From Candidatus Latescibacterota bacterium (GTDB lineage: Bacteria; Latescibacterota; UBA2968; GCA-2709665): a DNA stretch of 64,000 nt. Under the pieces are notes generated by a model that did not search any database, was not told where the DNA came from, and saw only the letters and a program-made list of their open reading frames with translations. Positions 60,866-64,000 of this stretch are shown here, piece by piece. Location of the stretch: contig OZ244744.1 in the NCBI GenBank assembly GCA_965219455.1, positions 1,920,001 through 1,984,000 of the forward strand, given 5' to 3'. A program made the translations under genes and the position numbers. Within the stretch, counting starts at the first letter, position 1, and each line of letters starts with the position of its first letter.

Positions 60866-62887
60866 TTATTCCCCTGCCGAGGCGACGACCTTTATGTTCA
60901 GGCTCTTTGAGCCCTCCAGAAACAGATCGACGTCCTTTTGTGCGGAAAGAATCGGCGGGGGCGCCTGGCGCGGAACGCCTCTCCCTCGACCGGGCGGTGA
61001 TGCGCCCCCAGACCCGGAGCCCGGCGGGGAGCCCGCACCCCCGGGCGCTTCGAGCGGCATTTCGAACGTCAACCGGGCTATCAACACGATGTTGTCGTCC
61101 TCGCTATTGACCCTCGCAAAGGCGTCGTCGAGCGTCTCCTCGCCCCTGAAGGGGCCGAAAAACGAAGGCGGTCCGCCGCCACCGGCGTCGTCCCCCAGCG
61201 TCGCTAACGAACCCGCTTCGAGCCGGTAGACGCCCTCGGGAAACGTATCGGGAACGACGAGCGCCATTTCGATCTCCCGGTCGATGCGCCGCCCAACGCG
61301 CAGTGCGGCGGTAACGGCCAGCGTGTCTCCGGGACTGATGACGGTGTCCGCAGTCACTTCAAAAACCCTGGCGAAACGGGGCTCGGCAATTACCTCTATA
61401 TGGACCCCGGCATCCGTCACCTGCAATGCGTAATCGTCCCTCGTCATCAGACCGGAGAGCGCGAAGGATACGTCGGAGGCCGCATTCCTGATCAACGAAC
61501 CGAGCCGGCCTTCCGGCGAGGCGTGGAGTCGGGTACGCGAGAGCGTGGAGTCGGTACCGTCAAAGGAAACGTCCGCGGTAACGCGGATACTGTGGTCCGG
61601 ATCCTGCTCGACCCGGTTGGACAGAGGTCTGAAAAACGCATTGACGACCAGATCGACAGATAGATCCGGGCTCACGCCGACGGTGGGCATCTTATGCAAG
61701 AGCTCCACTTCGCCGCCAGTTGCAAACGCATACACGCTTCTGATCGACACCAGGTCCGGCCCGTCGTCCAATATGCCCCGGACCCCGGGCAGGCGGTCTT
61801 CGGTGAGCGTGCCCCTTACCGTCGGGTTCAGCGTCACGAATTTGAACGGCGCCGACAGATTGGAGATCTCTCCGAGCACTTTTGCTTCGATGATGGGAAG
61901 CGCCACAGGTCCTGCATCCCGCATGGAATGTCCGAAACCATAGATCCGGTCGCCGTCCACGAAGGAGATGGTCCCGAAGGCGGCGCCTGTCAGTTCGCCC
62001 AGCAGCAAACCCACGGCCAGCGGCCTGCCCGGCGCGAAGCTGGTCTGGCGGTCCGTTGTCAAACCGGCGGCGACCGCGTCGCTAAGGAGAGACGGACTCC
62101 CTTCCGGCGTTAGCTGGCCACGGCTGAGACCGGTACTCAACAGCGGAACGTCCAGAGGTACGATGCTGCTTCCGCCCCACGTGGCTGCGCGTTTGGCCAA
62201 TGGAACCGTTCCCCTGGCGCCAATGACCCATTCCATGGGCGTGGCGAAAAAGTAATAAGGCGGGCTGTCCTGGGCGTTGGGACCAAAAGCGATCGCGCCC
62301 CACGCGCCCTGCTCAGAAAAAATGGGGGAACCGCTCATGCCCTTGGAAATGCCTCCCAGGCTTACCAGGACCGAATCGGAGGCTTCCACCATGTAGACCG
62401 GCATTGGCGGCATGAAATCGTCCACGACCTGGATGAACTTCATTTCCAGGTCGGCGAGTTCGCCGTTGGCGAATTCGGTCCGCATGAAAACACGCGTGCC
62501 CGCAGGCACGGACCGGACGGAGTCGATCGGCACAATCCTGGAAAGGTCCCAGGGTAGGAGCATCCCGAAAGAAAAGTCCTTCCCGTAGTTCCGTGCAAAG
62601 ATCACAAAATCCGAAAACCCGATTTCACCGTCGCCATTCAGATCGAACATCGCATCATATCCGTCATCGCCCTGACTTAATCCGAATTTTGCCGCAAACT
62701 GCGAAAAATCACTGAAGCCAACCGTCCCGTCGCCGTCAAAGTCCGGAAAAAACGCGGTGCTATGGTCATAGGTATTGACGGTAATCTCTTGCAATGTCGT
62801 GCGATCAGCATCCGCTTCCGAACCCGCAGCGACGAATGCCAGCAACGCCAAAGTGGCAATGAACACAATATTCTTTTTAGAAAACAT
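60866..62887 (-). CDS. Secreted dockerin/EF-hand plus SpoIVB-like (S55) peptidase, copy 2
   Basis: Colinear close paralogue of 58161-60203 (GMSGSP, GFGHS). Confidence 0.85.
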   Translation of the reverse strand: MFSKKNIVFIATLALLAFVAAGSEADADRTTLQEITVNTYDHSTAFFPDFDGDGTVGFSDFSQFAAKFGLSQGDDGYDAMFDLNGDGEIGFSDFVIFARNYGKDFSFGMLLPWDLSRIVPIDSVRSVPAGTRVFMRTEFANGELADLEMKFIQVVDDFMPPMPVYMVEASDSVLVSLGGISKGMSGSPIFSEQGAWGAIAFGPNAQDSPPYYFFATPMEWVIGARGTVPLAKRAATWGGSSIVPLDVPLLSTGLSRGQLTPEGSPSLLSDAVAAGLTTDRQTSFAPGRPLAVGLLLGELTGAAFGTISFVDGDRIYGFGHSMRDAGPVALPIIEAKVLGEISNLSAPFKFVTLNPTVRGTLTEDRLPGVRGILDDGPDLVSIRSVYAFATGGEVELLHKMPTVGVSPDLSVDLVVNAFFRPLSNRVEQDPDHSIRVTADVSFDGTDSTLSRTRLHASPEGRLGSLIRNAASDVSFALSGLMTRDDYALQVTDAGVHIEVIAEPRFARVFEVTADTVISPGDTLAVTAALRVGRRIDREIEMALVVPDTFPEGVYRLEAGSLATLGDDAGGGGPPSFFGPFRGEETLDDAFARVNSEDDNIVLIARLTFEMPLEAPGGAGSPPGSGSGGASPPGRGRGVPRQAPPPILSAQKDVDLFLEGSKSLNIKVVASAGE

Positions 62888-63185
62888 CCGGTGCAATCCT
62901 CCCCGTTGTACGTTGGTGTTAACGCGGTTACATAGAGTGGTTTGGCAAACCCGCTGCCGATATGCCGACCGGTTTCTGACTCAAAAGGGCTTGTCGAAAA
63001 AATTGCTGCGGAAACAGGTCATGGTTCATCGATTGATTTCCCTTCCTGCTTTTCGTGACAGATCGTAAGGGCGTCGGCTTTCCTTATGTCCATATGACAG
63101 CCGGGATCGGCCAGGGCGGTAACACCTTTGCAAACAGCGATTTTGACATGAAACGGTCGACAGTAGCGTGGTCTGCGAAGCACCT

Positions 63186-64000
63186 TCAGGGCTTCCTCAG
63201 CAGGACGATCCTGTTGGTATTGGTTCCCTTTTTCAGGTTGTCAACGCCCCAGCAATTCGACGTCTTCGTGAAGACCTGATCATTCACCAGAACGAGGAGC
63301 GGCTCCAGACCCGCCTCGGCCGCGGCTGGAACGACCAACGATTCCAGGAGGATCTTCCCGCCGCGGACTTCCCCGACCTCGAAAGCGACATAGCCCCCAG
63401 GCTTGAGAACCCTTATGAGTTCGACGAATACCATCGTCATAGCCGCCTGCCATTCCTGAGGCTTCTTGAAGTGCCATACGTGAACGGTCTGCGCGTCAAT
63501 ACCATTAAACCAGCACCGTAACCAGTTGTCGGTCAGGTAGTCCACCACGTCCAGAAACGGCGGCGACGTTACGACCAGACTGATGGAATCACTCTCAATC
63601 CCGGGCGTTCTGTCCGATGATCCGGTGATAAGCGACGCCTCTCTCGACGTCTCCCGAAGCCCTTCGGCATCCTCTTCTTCCAGTTTACTGAGGAGAGATC
63701 GGGATTTCTTCAGAATCGATACCCGAACGTCCCGTTCGGGAGGTGTCTGCTGTCGATTCTCGTTGATGCCCCTCTGCCGGTCAACCGTGACGGCCTGGTT
63801 CGGGGGCAATGTATAGACCGAAAAGAAACCGGGTGAATGACCCGTCAGCCGGTTGGTCGCCACCATCCTGATCCACCGGTCGATCGCGTCCAGGCCGCCG
63901 TCTTCCATTTTTCGGAGCAGGTATTTCCGCAGGTTGGTGATCTGGCGCAGTGTATTCGGATGATAGAACGCGAGCAGGTCGTCCCACGTGTCGCATTTCT
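63186..64000 (-). CDS. Amino-DNA methyltransferase (N4C/N6A), 5' part outside window
   Basis: SISLVVTSPPF (motif IV), RVLKPGG; the frame appears to continue to the window edge. Confidence 0.8.
   Translation of the reverse strand, partial: KCDTWDDLLAFYHPNTLRQITNLRKYLLRKMEDGGLDAIDRWIRMVATNRLTGHSPGFFSVYTLPPNQAVTVDRQRGINENRQQTPPERDVRVSILKKSRSLLSKLEEEDAEGLRETSREASLITGSSDRTPGIESDSISLVVTSPPFLDVVDYLTDNWLRCWFNGIDAQTVHVWHFKKPQEWQAAMTMVFVELIRVLKPGGYVAFEVGEVRGGKILLESLVVPAAAEAGLEPLLVLVNDQVFTKTSNCWGVDNLKKGTNTNRIVLLRKP

Overview
High-GC bacterial DNA. The dockerin/EF-hand 'DFDGDGTVxFSDF' proteins and the many PhyH and Gfo/Idh/MocA paralogues suggest a Latescibacterota/Gemmatimonadota-like organism (inference only). 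Most of the window (about 10-58 kb) is a mainly minus-strand glycan-catabolism-like region: six heparinase II/III-like proteins, a DUF4838-like protein, a sialidase-like propeller, four Gfo/Idh/MocA oxidoreductases, two of the window's three PhyH-type dioxygenases, and an uncharacterised membrane trio (two DUF6785-like permeases around a giant pseudo-M28/FtsX protein). Accessory elements are a truncated SNF2 helicase, a RAYT transposase with REP arrays, an ECF sigma/anti-sigma operon, a lower-GC TIGR04255-like three-gene module with a possible ART-fold toxin, a small toxin/immunity-like pair, a GntR-S41 insert, tandem S55 peptidases separated by an IS3 remnant, and a truncated DNA methyltransferase. 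Two signals stand out. First, a complete group II intron (26949-28930) whose EBS1/EBS2/EBS3 match a degenerate heptamer tandem repeat that it interrupts. Second, a family of about 210-nt covarying structured elements with intrastrand-triplex motifs, in two intergenic repeat mosaics (about 13.0-13.5 kb and 26.2-29.0 kb). Family names come from motif recognition, not database searches.
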